The position numbers and the translations under genes were made by a program. Below the pieces are notes generated by a model. That model saw nothing but the letters and a program-made list of their open reading frames with translations, had not been told where the DNA came from and searched no databases. Shown here one piece after another: positions 41,308 to 55,078 of a DNA stretch of 64,000 bases. Position 1 is the stretch's first letter. The number at the start of each line of letters is the position of its first letter. Source of the DNA: Octopus vulgaris (Eukaryota); NCBI GenBank assembly GCA_951406725.2, contig OX597827.1, forward strand, positions 50,406,001 to 50,470,000, written 5' to 3'.

Positions 41308-42275
41308 TTTATATATATATCACTATTTGCCTACATATGAAACATTCTATATAACACAGCTTCAAGCATATCACAGTCTAAACTGAATAACAAATTCCAG
41401 CCGGTTAACTACATTTATTTATTTAACTACCGAATTCATTGGCGTTGTTGTTGTCATTGTTTAACCTCATGGTAGCTTTGATTGAACACAGCAATGCCAA
41501 GAGGTGTTCTAGTCAAGATCAGCCACTCTTTTTCTTTTTCACTTTTAGTAATTCAGAAATACCAGCCATGAGCCAATTTTTTGTTCGTTTTTTTTTCCTT
41601 TTAGATATTTCAGTATGAGCTGAGTGAAATCTGGTGACTATTTCTCGCTCATTCATCGTGGTGATCGCAGCTTGATTTGTACTTTTCAGGTCTAACTCAA
41701 TATCAAGTAAATTCCTTAAACGGAGTCAAATTTAAATTGAACTTCCTTTCAGAAGTAGTTTTCTGATTTAAAAGTTCGATTTGTAACTATGTGGTGTCAG
41801 ATACAATCCCAGTGCATAGAACATTTTATTATAATCTCGAGCCGACCAACACCTCGCCAGAGCATTTTGCTGAGGAAAGCCATGCGGTGGTTTCAAACGG
41901 GATTATTCCAACAAATATGCGTGTGAGCACGTGTGTGTAATTCTTTGTAGTTCATAAACTAGCAGTTCGTTAAATAGCATGACCAGTCTAATTAACTCAA
42001 ACCTTATAAAACACATCAAATGAGAATAAATATTCTTTCTTAATGTCGACGAATCAAATACTGTCTTGACAGGCATCTGTGTGTAAATTTTAAGGTTGAG
42101 AAACGGAGTGTAAATTCTATTGAGTTAAGAACAGAATTTTGGAATAGCTGTCCCTCGAAGTCCCATACCTCATGAGAAATTGAAAAAGGGAATATTTTAT
42201 TTCATTTCTCAGCATTCCTCTGTTTCATACAAAGGAAATTATGATTCTGAAATTTTATATTTTTATGCCCACTTC

Positions 42276-42538
42276 CAGGGCCGGCATAAGGAAGTGCAAG
42301 GCCCAATTACAGCAACGTCAGTGGGGCCCGCAAAAAAGGTGAAGATTGATGTTTTATGCTTCGTGTAGTATACCAGTACCAGCCAAAATGTGTTGATAGC
42401 GTGAGGCTCCACCATTAGCCACATTAATATATCAAACATTCACCATGGTGTTTTGCGTTCAAGCGTGTGCGCGGGGCCCTCTCTTGGCGCGGGACCCAAT
42501 TTGAACAATTCTGTCTAATTGACTTAAAACCGGCCATG
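42276..42538. mobile_element. hAT-type MITE
   Basis: TIR cagggccgg / ccggccatg; 8-bp TSD cccacttc / gccatttc (6 of 8 match); internal ggggccc motifs. Confidence 0.75.
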
Positions 42539-43356
42539 GCCATTTCCGTAAGATTTTTCTTTCTCTAATAATCGGGTCCTAATCCTTTAATAATCAAAAC
42601 ACCGTCGTTTCAACGAAAGAACTACTGCATGTCATGCTAGAAATAACATCGAATATACCTCAAATTATATCCTACCCTGTCACACAGGATAATATAATAC
42701 AAATTGCACTGACCAAAACACGAAGTAGTTATAATTGAAACTCTCGCCCTCATAGGTCGGATCTGAGGTCATTAAACTCCTGCAACATTTAAAATTCTCT
42801 TTAACTAATAGCAAGTATAGTGCAGTAAGGTAGTAAGAGTTTTCTCCCTTGCATTAGATTTCCTGTTGTAATTTGGTAATCCTATTTATTTATCGAGGAT
42901 TATACTAATATTTATCATTCTTTCTTTTAAAAGAAATGCCGGCGTAGTGCTCATTTTAATGAAAATTATTCAGCAGTGAGGCATGGTCGCATGGTTAAGA
43001 AGTTCTGTTTGTAGCGTGTGCATTCTGTCGGATTCGATAAAATAAATATCATTCAAACACTGGAAGCGATTTAATCGTCTGTCGATCTCGGCAAACATGC
43101 AATGGGCTATCTGTAGAGCCTCGCAAAAATAATAAATAAAATGATACACTGGTTGGAGTACACTGCCCTTACATCAATATCATCTCTCTGTAGTACAGTA
43201 TATATATTACTGCCAACACAACACATACACATATCCCACCGTTCATGCATACATACATACATACATACATACATACATACATACATACATAGCTAGATAC
43301 ATACATACATAAATTTTCTCTTTCCTTCTATTTGTTTCTCTCCAGCCCTCTCTTTT

Positions 43357-43712
<356 letters not shown>

Positions 43713-44378
43713 CTAAAAGAGAACTGTTTAAAACGGTACAGTTTCAAATATTACTACTACTGAAGGTAAAATACAGCAAACTAAGTTCGACTAATTAGAA
43801 GAGCTAATTGACTAAAGATAAAAATATACAGCAGAAAATAATAGAGAATCACAGCTGTAGGAAGCTCCTACGTGGTAACTCAGCTTTCTAGAAACAGCTG
43901 CTTAATCTTCTTCATATTACATAGAACTGTTATGAAAAGCAAGGGAAACATTGGCTAACAATAATAGTAGGAAGATTGTCTAAGAGAAGCATCATGAGTG
44001 GGACCCTTTCATCATATGTCTGTACGGTCACGGGGATTAAACAAACAACATTTATTAATATGAATTGAGGTGATATTTAAATTATAAGAGAGAAGCCATT
44101 TCTGAAAAATTTTCGAATTGACCATCGGAAATAAGAATAATGGAAGAGTTGGTTACACAATGGAAAAGACACAAAAAATCTAAAATATACCGTTGCACTG
44201 GGACATTATTGTGTTAGAAAGAGAGAAATAGCAAATAGAAAAATCCTTTACAGTGTTTCAAGTTTGGAAAAGAATTTCGGGTAAAACACTAAGTATTCCC
44301 CCAAAGTAATAGATAATTTAGAGAAAAACTTCATGGTCGAAGAACCAATGTTAAATTGTAGTAAAGTATAGAGAGATA

Positions 44379-44780
44379 ACCTTTTCAACTCTAGGTACAA
44401 GGTCTGAAATTTTGGGAAGGGGCGAGTCGATTAGACCGACCCTAGTACGTAACTGGTACTTATTTATTCGTCCCCTCAACGATGAAAGGCAAAGTCGACC
44501 TCGGTGGAATTTGTACTCAGAACGTAAAGACAGACGAAATACCTATTTCTATTTCTTTACTACCCACAAGGGGTTAAACACAGAGGAGACAAACAAGGAC
44601 AGACAAACGGATTAAGTCGAATATATCGACCCCAGTGCGTAACTGGTACTTATTTAATCGACCCCGAAAGGATGAAAGGCAAAGTCGACCTCGGCGGAAG
44701 TGGAACTCAGAACGTAGCGGCAGACGAAATACTACTGAGCATTTCGCCCGGCGTGCTAACGTTTCTGCCAGCTCCCCGCC
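44379..44780 (-). mobile_element. SINE B/A composite
   Basis: Two cores; 17-bp TSD taaagtatagagagata (44362) / taaagtatagaaagata (44782). Confidence 0.9.
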
Positions 44781-45399
44781 ATAAAGTATAGAAAGATATT
44801 ATCGCATGTGGCACATAACATAGAAGTGATTTTCACCGGATCTAGGACAATGGAATTAGCTTATTTAATAATACTTATGCAAACATTATGAAAGCAAATA
44901 TTAGTGAATCCAGAAACAAAAATATACGAGCAAATTACTAGCAGGCTTCAGGCAGTTCGGTAAATGCTAAGTAATGATAACCAACCAGATATTGTACGGA
45001 GGAATAAATTATGATTCAAATGGGAAGTTGCTGACGTTGATGAATTGTACATGCGTTGGTTTAATTACATCAACTTGTGTCATAAGAGCAGAACGGCGTA
45101 ACAGATTTCTTGTTTCTAGTCATTCATTTATCTTCTAGGAAAAAGCAAAACAGACATAGGGTTAATGACTCTAGCTGTTTGGAGTTAAACAAATGGTACA
45201 TTAAAATACTAAACAACTGTAACAGTAGCGCCATAAATCTCTATAAGAGAAAATACCAACTGTCTGAAAAGTTACGGAAAAGCAGTATCGAATATATCGT
45301 CATTACGATTTAAAGTTTAACAAGTCCTTCTGATAGAAGTGAGATTTCAACTAAATCCATTCAGAAACCAATCAGAAGCCCCATTCATCCAAAATTACT

Positions 45400-47030
45400 C
45401 TGACCACCCATGGCACGAGCCCATGCTCAATTACTGTTCTCTAATCCGCAAGGGCATGAGTGGTGTAGTGTAGTTCCATTCAGTTGACCATTCTTTCCAT
45501 AGTTATTCCCGTTAACTTTACTTTTCTTTCTAAGTGGAACTTGAAAAAAGTTAATGACAGCTTGGTCGAAGAGTAAGGTGTCTAATCTCAATTTCGCAAA
45601 CTAGTCCACCACAAAATCTTTTTGCTATTGCTATTAGACAGAGATAAACTGATTGCCCAGCCCTGTTAAAAGGGAGTTGTATGTCGATGTTTACCATAAA
45701 TTTATTGATGTCGTGTAGGTCTTACATGCAACAACATTTGTTCCACATAATTCCACAAAAATTGTCGGACCCTGCTCGAATGTATGCAGATTGGATTCGT
45801 CAATGTACATTTCGGACGGTCCCGCTAAACAGCGTTTTCATATCTATAGTTCGAAACTGGTAATGCCTGTCAGTACCAATGCCAGGTCAAAGATTTTCTA
45901 GAAGTTATACATAGAAGTCCCGGACATGAAAGTATTCCCAAACGGGCCAACCTAGGCCTCGATATTGTGCTGAAGGGAAACTTCTACAGATAGCTTTCTC
46001 CGCCTCATAACCACACAACAGAAAAACTTAGAGATCGGTGAGCACTTGATGACATTCCAGATGCAATTCGCCTAAACTTGGTCTTTCACAGTTTGTCCAT
46101 CTGAACGAGCAGATATGGAAATGCGTGCCTAACAAACGGAGTCTACACCTGCTCATCATCCAAGAAGATTCTATGTAGCGTATGTCTGCACTACAGTAGC
46201 CGCGGCATGCCTATCCCACTTTCAAGAAAGTGCCTGCAATAGGCGGTTGGTTTACCCATTGGACTGCATCCCTTCCGCAATAAACGGAAGAGCAGGCGCC
46301 CCAATCTGGTTTCGAACGGGAACTGTAGCAAGGCAAGGTGGTCATGCGTTAAATTAAGACAAAGGCGTTCGACGCATTCGCTACCTTTTTTCGGCCTTTC
46401 AAGAATAACATCTTTTATCTTGGGCCATTTCGCAGTAAGACAGGCGTCTTTATTCACAACCTCATCCTAGTTCCCGTCCACAGTAATTTCCAGACCAAAC
46501 CTGTACCTGAAGACTACAACCGTCCGTCTGTCCAGTGATGCACGACACCGTCCAATACCATAGATTTACCTCTCTAAGTGTCAAGCTGAAAGCCAATCGT
46601 CTTGTCTAGATTGATCTTTGCTTCTACGCTTTTCTCGTATTCTATAGAATGATGCCCGTATTCTATAGAATGGTACCCAACACTATTAAGATGACGTCAT
46701 CAGCATAATCCAACACACCTCCCCGCATCTCATCCCAAAAGTGATACCCCTCGACAGTTCTATCGTCGGCAACAATGCTCGGGCGCCCACCCGTATAGGA
46801 GAGACGAGAGAGGACACCCTGACGGACCGAGCGCGCCTTATTGAATGGTTCCGAGAGATGAGTGTTCTTTCTGACCTCTATGCAAGTGCCGCTTGTGCAT
46901 GACTAAGTTCCTGTCTCCGACAGCTAATCCAAAACGGCCACTTTTATGATTAGTACCAAGTTGCCATGGTTGACCTTATCGGGAGCTTTCAACAGATCCC
47001 GCTTGATCAGGGCCTCGTCTAAGCGAGGTT
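45400..47030 (-). mobile_element. Tx1/L1-clade LINE RT remnant
   Basis: LIKRDLLKAPDKVNH (cf. KAFDRV), VRQG/PLSSLLY, DYADDVIL, LFRLLRKG...SGIGMP. Confidence 0.8.
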
Positions 47031-47527
47031 TGTTGTCTGTTAAAACTCTGTTAAAAAGTTTGGAATATGTGCGATAGGAATATTTCTTTCATACCTATTT
47101 CCCCTATGATGACACATGTCCTACTTTTGGTTTAAGATGCCACATAGTTCCAATCTATATCTCTGGATCTTTTACCAATATATTTTCATCTGATGGTATA
47201 TCTAGTTGAGTAAGAACTAAACCAGACTCAACTAAACTAAACTAAACTAGACTCCACACTACATAACCGTGTTTTTATATTTTATATTTCATTTTTCACA
47301 TTCTTTTTTATTAATATCCGAATGAGTTATCCGACACGAACTCAGTGCAGTATCCTGTAACAACATATTTCTTCACCTGTTATGACTTTCCTGATGCTTC
47401 TTTCATTTTTTTGAGCTGACGAGAATGGTAATACATAATTAAATTAATTATGATTAATTTAATATCTTCCAAGTTTCTTACATACTGGTATTACCATTTG
47501 AAACGATCGTATGCATGGATGAAAATG

Positions 47528-47712
47528 TTACTCTTTTACTTGTTTCAGTCATTTGACTGTGGCCATGCTGCGGCACCGCCTTTAGTCGAGCAAATCGACC
47601 CAGGACTTATTCTTTGTAAGCCTAGTACTTATTCTATCGGTATCGGGGACGTAAACACACCAGTATCGGTTGTCAAGCGATGTTGGTGGACAAACACAGA
47701 CACACAAACACA
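47528..47712 (-). mobile_element. 3' half of SINE C
   Basis: Reverse complement of 12815-13000. Confidence 0.88.
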
Positions 47713-47729
47713 CTGATAATCGCTACCTC

Positions 47730-48140
47730 ATATGAGTGACAATGAAAGAACAAAATATTGTACATAATGGTGGTAATGAAACTGAAGCCCTTGATGGTGA
47801 CAGTGTTGCACCCGACAGGCTCAAATATACTGGTGCGACTTCAGTCTGTCGTTATCCAGCAATGGACAGGCACACACGGCGTAGATGGAAGAAACAAGTC
47901 AACGCTGTGGTGATGGAGTGTTACTATCCAAGAAAGCTTGTAGATGAAAATGGTGCTCATATTAGGGGATACCGATAACGTATGTATCATGATTACAGAG
48001 AAAGAGGATTGTTTCAACAAATACAACAGAAATTATGATCAAGCTAGAGCAATAAGAAAAAATCGTTGGTTTACAGAAGTAGAGCTCGAAGTTATCAAAA
48101 GACGGGTATTGGAAAACACCAACAGAGGAAACAATTATTG
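47730..48140 (+). mobile_element. R4/Dong-like ORF N-terminal remnant
   Basis: RRRWKKQVNAVVMECYY..VDENGAHIRGYR*RM, DQARAIRKNRWFTEVELEVIKRR. Confidence 0.75.
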
Positions 48141-48153
48141 CTATCATTATTAT

Positions 48154-48727
48154 TGAGTGAGAGAGCAGTGCATGCCATCAAAGTGACACTGGGGTAAAAT
48201 ATACGAAGCCTAATATACCCATCATCACTACCCGTCTGATAAGGGTACACTAGGCACATGCATCACAACCATATGTGCGTGACATGGTGATCTCATATCA
48301 AGATAAAAAGCACATGAAGTTGCAGGTGGCGCCCAGTTAGAATTTTCTTCTGGTCGAGTAGCCCATCCTGCTCAAAAGACCCCTGAATAAGGATTGTTTA
48401 AAGATGTTGAACGAAACACCCATGTTTCCAGAGGTGAATTATTCACATCTCCAAGAATTCCTTTCAACACACGGCTATGATGCTCCCCCACTACTTCTGC
48501 TGGGGATCAGAGAAGCACATATCATCAGCCATCAAGTGACATGCTCAACTGGTTATGGTAAAACAACTGACAAGCAAATCTGTGGTATTAAGCGGAATAT
48601 TTGCTGTAGCCCATCTTTTATACCAAGACAAAACAATGTACATGATAACACTTCCAATCAGTCAAGATCAGAAGCTATGAGAGCCACTGTCTGTTACTGC
48701 ATCAGGGAATTTATACTGCATCAGGGC

Positions 48728-48729
<2 letters not shown>
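48154..48729. mobile_element. Family F element in (TTA)n
   Basis: Second copy of 9948-10482; short duplication tactgcatcaggg at the right end. Confidence 0.88.
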
Positions 48730-48790
<61 letters not shown>

Positions 48791-48792
<2 letters not shown>

Positions 48793-49217
48793 GTTTGATT
48801 TTTGCTTTGTATTTGTACAACATATCTTCCAAGTCTCACTCAGAGGCCTCAGGAGACAACATGTTAAAAGTTCAAGTTAGCATTATGACTAGGATGCCAT
48901 ATTTTTTGGCTTTACAGTGAGTATTGTTCAAGATAATGTCTGTCAACGAATAAGAAAATTAGAAGTTTGTTTTAAAAATAATTTCATGATACGATGACGG
49001 TGTGATCTTAAGATGACAATAAGAGCTGCTTGCTATGATGTCATTTCTGGGGCTTCTATGGTAACAAATATTATTTCAGTCTCGAGTTTCCACATTTTGC
49101 CAATTTCTATTTCAAGATCTTTATATTTGCTCAGTTTTTGGTCGGTCTTGACACACATTTATGTAGATTGGAACAGTCATATCGATGATGAGGCATGATT
49201 TTTGTCTGAAATCTCTG
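48791..49217 (-). mobile_element. 5'-truncated R4/Dong 3' end (RLE domain and 3' UTR)
   Basis: DFRQKSCLIIDMTVP, KLSKYKDLEIEIGKMWKL; (TAA)n on both sides. Confidence 0.88.
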
Positions 49218-49221
49218 TATT

Positions 49222-49276
<55 letters not shown>

Positions 49277-49299
49277 TTACAACATATAATGGCAGGCGA

Positions 49300-49790
49300 A
49301 GATATCAATTGTTAAAAGAATAGAAGAATGTCGTATCTTCAGTATCGAAACAATGCTATTGAGTATTCAGTGCAGATAGAGAAGACATGTTCGAATGCAA
49401 GATGTTCGCATTTCGAAAATTCTTTTCTATGGCGAACAAAAAGGAGGATTCCGTAGTAAGGAAAGACCCCTGGTAAAGTATAAGGATAAGTTGAAATAAT
49501 CGCTAAAATCACTACAGCATATTTAACATTTTCGGAAAGTTAATTGCCTAGATCGAACGGCGTAAAATGTGTCACGATGCATGTAAACAATTTGAGTCGA
49601 AGAAACAGAACAATAAAAGAACTTTATCCAGTAATCAACAGAGACATTTTTCCAATCCCAGGCAAAATCAAGACCATTGTACCCATTGTGACTTCATAGT
49701 AAAATCCATAAATGGACACAAATTGCATTCATGCATCCATCGCAAATTACACCTTCTTTTCTCAATTCTTTCCTTCAAACACTCACACGC
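49300..49790 (+). mobile_element. Degraded RTE LINE C-terminus
   Basis: HVRMQDVRISKILFYGE, RPLVKYKDKLK, C2H2-like CTHCDFIVKSINGHKLHSCIH. Confidence 0.7.
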
Positions 49791-49825
49791 CAAAATCGAT
49801 GTGAGTGACCATTATCATCATCATC

Positions 49826-49891
<66 letters not shown>

Positions 49892-49934
49892 TTTAAAACA
49901 AACATAATTTTAATTTTAAAACAACATAATTTTC

Positions 49935-50083
49935 TTATGGGTTATTAACCATTCACTAGTACAATACTAAGTACAAAACCAAATATATGGCACCCTAGGC
50001 ATAACACCAACTTGTTGTCTCTTGAGAACTCTGGTTGGGACTTGGAGCCAACTTGTACAAATGTAAAACAAAAGTCAAACAGA
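49935..50083 (+). mobile_element. R4/Dong 3' UTR fragment with (TAA)n tail
   Basis: Similar to the reverse complement of 48791-48940 (ttgtacaaat..aaa.caaaa.tcaaaca). Confidence 0.75.
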
Positions 50084-50099
50084 ATAATAATAATAATAA

Positions 50100-51260
50100 T
50101 CCTCTTGTATTCTTTCTGAGCAAACATTTTGCAAAATGCTAACTTACGCTCAGTATGTTACCGCACGCTAGTTACGTAGGCAGTGGAATATATTTCCTTA
50201 TTCGTTGAACATGTGCTTAGAGCTTGATTCTGAACAATCACCAACAAACATTCGGTTTCTCTCTTGAAATCTCTATTCCTGAATCGCTTCCCTGAAAAGT
50301 TCAGTATAAGTAAGTCCCAGTTCTATTGCAGCATGTTTAAGTAGTTCTTCAACCATTGCAAGTGATTTATTGACGTTTGTTCTCTATTCAGACAAACAGA
50401 AAAGTTAATAAAACCTCTCCTCCATTCTTCCGTTTTATTTATAAACGACAGACATTCGCCTTTGGATGAAACGCTTAGTTAAAGTTTATTTCGTTTTTCT
50501 ATCTGATGCAACCCGTTCACTCTTCCAACACTAACACACGCGAGGGCAACCGTTCATATTTTGAGCACATTTACCAAATTCTTTGAACCAAGTTTGGACT
50601 TCATTTGAAACTTTAATCTTTTCAAATGTATGATTCTCACCTTTTTCTTCATTACATTCAAAATATCAATAAGTTTCAATATGCCTACATAATTGTATCC
50701 ATTTTCATAAGGTTCTAAAATCCCTTCTCTCACTAAGTTTACACCATTAAAATGGGCTCTTTTCTCTTTTTTTCTATGAACTACATTTTCACAATTTTAC
50801 ATACCAAAATCTATTTCCATATCACTGTAATATGCCTGTACTGTATTAGCAAATGAATTGGTCTCTTTTTCAAACTTTACAAATATCTTTAAGTCATCCA
50901 CAAAGAGAGTACATTTTCCCCCCAAGTTTTTAATCATGTTGACATTTTTTTAATGTCATTGATATCGGTATCTCCCTACCCCCTCTCTCCCTATCCCCTC
51001 TCTCCCTGGCTCCTCTCCTCCTGGCCCCTCTCTTCCTACCCACTCTCTTCCTACCCATGTCTTTTTCATGATCTTGAGTTTAAAACCCGTAAGTATTCGA
51101 CTGATATTGCTCCTGACATTGGCGAGTTTGTTGACGCCCCGGTTTGTTCTATCCATGGGGAATTTTCTTACCAGATATTGTAGGTAGCTTTAGATATTGA
51201 CGTGACTGTAGGAAGCTTCCATGACATCCTTACACTCTTTTCCTCACTGTTTCTGTCTTG
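50100..51260 (-). mobile_element. Old R4/Dong-like RT remnant
   Basis: LFVDDLKIF, GYNYVGIL, KSKLGSKNLVNVL, MFAQKEYKR. Confidence 0.75.
50971..51060. repeat. 15-bp C-rich minisatellite, about 6 units (tctccctacccctc-like)
   Basis: 15-bp period visible. Confidence 0.85.
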
Positions 51261-51384
51261 TTCCAATACCAGTTGTCAAGCGGTGGTGGGGGTAAATAAT
51301 GAGACAAACACACACACATATACACACACATATACACACATACATACATACATACATACATACATACATACATACATACATACA

Positions 51385-51417
<33 letters not shown>

Positions 51418-53119
51418 GTGGTGGGGGCGTATATGTACTTCAATTATTACAAAAACTGCGTTGTGAACTTCAATTCTTAAACACTTTGTGTAAACACGCG
51501 TTTAGATTCAAAAACGTCGAAATATATTGTTACAAGTCGTATTTGAGTCTTGATGTCCAGAAGAATTCATGGTTTTAAGCACATTTCGTTCACTTGAACT
51601 CAACCAATTACTTAATTGGTTGAGAAAATACTAACAATTCCATCAAAGACAACTATGATGGTTTTCTCAGCAGTGAACAGTCACTATAGTAATGAATCAT
51701 TAAGCAATTTCATCGTTCCTGTCACCTTGGATAGAATCATAAAATACTATATCTTCAGAAACAAAGTGGCTTAATTAGTTTTAGTGAAACTTTTAAAAAC
51801 GTTCAAAAATCATTTTAATTTTCTTATCCTAGTTTATTTTCCTATTTCTACATATTTATTTGAAATAATTTTAAATTTAAATTTCATGTTGGACATCATT
51901 ATTCTTTCTCTTTTCTTCTGCTTATTGTAATTTCAATGAGTGTTTTTATTACGTAATTTTCTAATTCCGTTCCATTAAAATTCCCTTAAATCATATATTT
52001 GCGATAAGAAAGATTTTAAGCCAACGAGTGATTGAGAAGACATATTCAGAGAGCATTATTGATCTATTGACAAAACCACCGTTATTGTAGCTGTTGCTGG
52101 AAAATCTAAATCAATAGTTTAAATCATATTAGAACCAAGAATGCAATGACAAGAAGTAACAACTACAGTATATAAACATTATAAATAGTCATTAACTCAA
52201 ATATAGTCTTAATCATATGATTTCGATTTTGCAAAGAATAACAATAAATAAGCTTTGAAATTAATGTTTGCAAATATGATATAACTATGCTATGAACAAA
52301 AGGGGGGAAATAAATCTTTGGTATTCATAAACAGAAGAAAAAATTCGCTCATATGTTTGCACCTATAAGTTTTTTCTCTTTCTACGTAAATTGATGGATG
52401 TAGCTTTTTGGATTTTTTTTTCTAACTAATATCTACTCTTAAGCTATATGGGTAAGAATTATTATTGTGGCTAACATATAGTTAAACGCTGGCTATCGTA
52501 CGTAATGCATGAGTTAAAAAGAATCTTCAATCAATAAAATCTCAGATTCGTAATGAGCATAAATATTATTAGAGTGAATCGCGATTCTTGTTTTAAAAGG
52601 TAAAGGAATAAAGTACGAAATAAAAGATAAAATTTTTTTTGAAACTAGATCAGTTAAGGCTACGTTCACTTTCATTATGTTCTACCGACTGTATGATTAA
52701 TTCCTTTCAAACAAGTACATCATGTCTACGATATAGAAAAGCTTTTGTCACACAATATATTTCATTCTATTGTTTCACATATTGCATATATAGCTGTTTT
52801 CAAATTTAAAGGTTTATTGGAAAAAAATATTGCACACATCAAGGATTGTGGTGAATTATTTGGCGTAGTAGTTGGTGTTTATTGGTATAATAGGCAGAAA
52901 GTAGAAATATCTGAAAACGTATAGGAACAGAATAGGAAGTGTTGACTGATGACCAGGCAGCAGGCAAACTGATTTAATCAATAGACTAATAGTGTGAAGA
53001 TCAATTTCTCCTATTCCACTAACATACCTCGCAACTGAAGTAGGTAGTTCCATGAACGTCATACCTAAGTGGGTAATAACGTTTTATTGTTACTTTATAT
53101 AGATGTGTGCGTGCGTGTA

Positions 53120-53202
<83 letters not shown>

Positions 53203-54734
53203 GTACATATAAGTTGCTGTTGTAAATATAATATATATGCGGTCTCTTGCACAATGATTTTGAAAGAAGGTTTCTTACCAGTATGTCAGTTGGAATTTTA
53301 AAAGTAATTGAAAATATGGGTTTCTTAAAAGGAGTAGCAATTCCGAAAATGAAACAGTGTTTCAGTTGTTACAGTAAGCAGAACGATAATTTATTCACGT
53401 TTAGTTCAGTGCTGTGAGTCGATATAGTGATTGCACATTTGTCACTCCTTACTTTCAGTCTTTCGTTTAAAATCCTGGTCTTTTTACTATTTTCTATCGG
53501 CCATTATAGAAAAGAAATATGACAGAAAGTGTCGTCTAATATACAGATATGTAAATGAAAGCATTTTTAATCATAAAAAAACCCCAAATATATTCAAATA
53601 TATATATTGCTGACTAATATTTGCTGCCAAGTTATTTTGGTAAGCATTGTTTGGAGTTGTCTTCCTTACTTTTTTCAAAAGTAAGATTAGTTGCGTATAT
53701 ATGAACATATTTTAGCGCTTTTACTGTTTTATTATCTAAATATGATTTCACTTCCCTATCGTTATTCAGATGGTGTTCCATACAGTGATACAGTAGATAA
53801 GTACTACATAAGAAAAGCAACATTATTCTATTGTTTAACTCGCATTAGAATTCACAAAAATATGTTAAAAAGAACTGTAAATTTCATTGAAGATATTTTA
53901 TTTTGAAATGTTTTACAAAGATATTTTCAATTATATCAAGCAGTTCAAATAAAAGTATAAGGGAAATGTTTCTGCTTTACATCATAACTAAATAACTAAG
54001 AAAACTCTTCGGGTTACACTGCCTATTAAAATTAGCAACCAATATTTCGTAGTATGATGTCAGACGTTCCACAGAGAAAAGGGATGGAGATAATGAATAT
54101 TGCGGTTTTTGATACATCAAAGATAGGATGATTACTATTGGAAAGCCTTTGATCATACGTTTATGTTTGTTTTTTTTTGTTTTGTTTTTTTCAAAGAGCT
54201 GATTGAATGAGTAACGGCTTCCAATCTTATAGAACCTGGAAATAACTGCCAAACGATGAGAGGAGATAAGAACAGAATTATATATTTGCTGTTTGGTAGC
54301 TTAGCTTTTTCATCAAAATTATGTTGCCGGAAAATAATATTTCATTAAAATCAAAATCATTATGATTTTAATTGTTTTTATTACCTCATGCTGATTCACA
54401 TTCAAATCCACGTGCTTCAAGCGCAGGCCGTTCGTAAATGAGTTTGTAGATTCAAAATTTAAATGTTGTACTTCTGAAATTGTGTGTTGAAGCGAAATCT
54501 ATTACATCGCTAATGTAACAAGAATTGTTGCATCAGATTGCGTTTACATCTTAGAGAATGTTAGACTTTTAAGAAATAGAGGATAACTCATGCAACATTT
54601 CTACGAATGGTTTACATATATGTTTCTCTTTAAACTTAACAGTTCAGATGAAATCCTTGGCAAATAAATACAACATTTTGTCAAACCACTAATTAGAGAC
54701 ATAAACACACCATAGTCAACACTACAGGCTTTTA

Positions 54735-55078
54735 GATATATATAAACGGCAAAATGTCTGTGTGTGTGTCCTTTATACAAATCCACAACTTTTCAGTTAG
54801 AGGGCTCGCACTTTCTATGATCATTCAAAACCGTCCAAGGGTGGTCGTGCATATCTTTATATTTCGCCAGTCACCCCGCAAAGCCATTAAAAAATCAATA
54901 GAAGTGACTTTTTTTGTGAATTTTCTATCCAAAACCCAATCAAAACGCCCGAAACTTGATACGCCAATTGAATGCCAGCCACCTGTATGTGATTGGTCAG
55001 AGATTTGGACAGTACTCGCGTGTATGTGCGCACGCATGCACTAGCACTATGACCCGGCGTTGCGAGTCATAGTGCTAG
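54735..55078 (+). mobile_element. Non-autonomous Helitron-like element with fold-back 3' end
   Basis: 5' tatatataaacggcaaaatgtctgtgtgtgtgtcc; ends gtcatagtgCTAG|T. Confidence 0.65.

Noticed and set aside
48404-48880. 158-aa ORF
   Set aside because: Spans family F and (TTA)n; not preserved in the 9948 copy
50971-51060. Periodic repeat considered as a CRISPR-like array
   Set aside because: Contiguous 15-bp minisatellite with no spacers, in eukaryotic context
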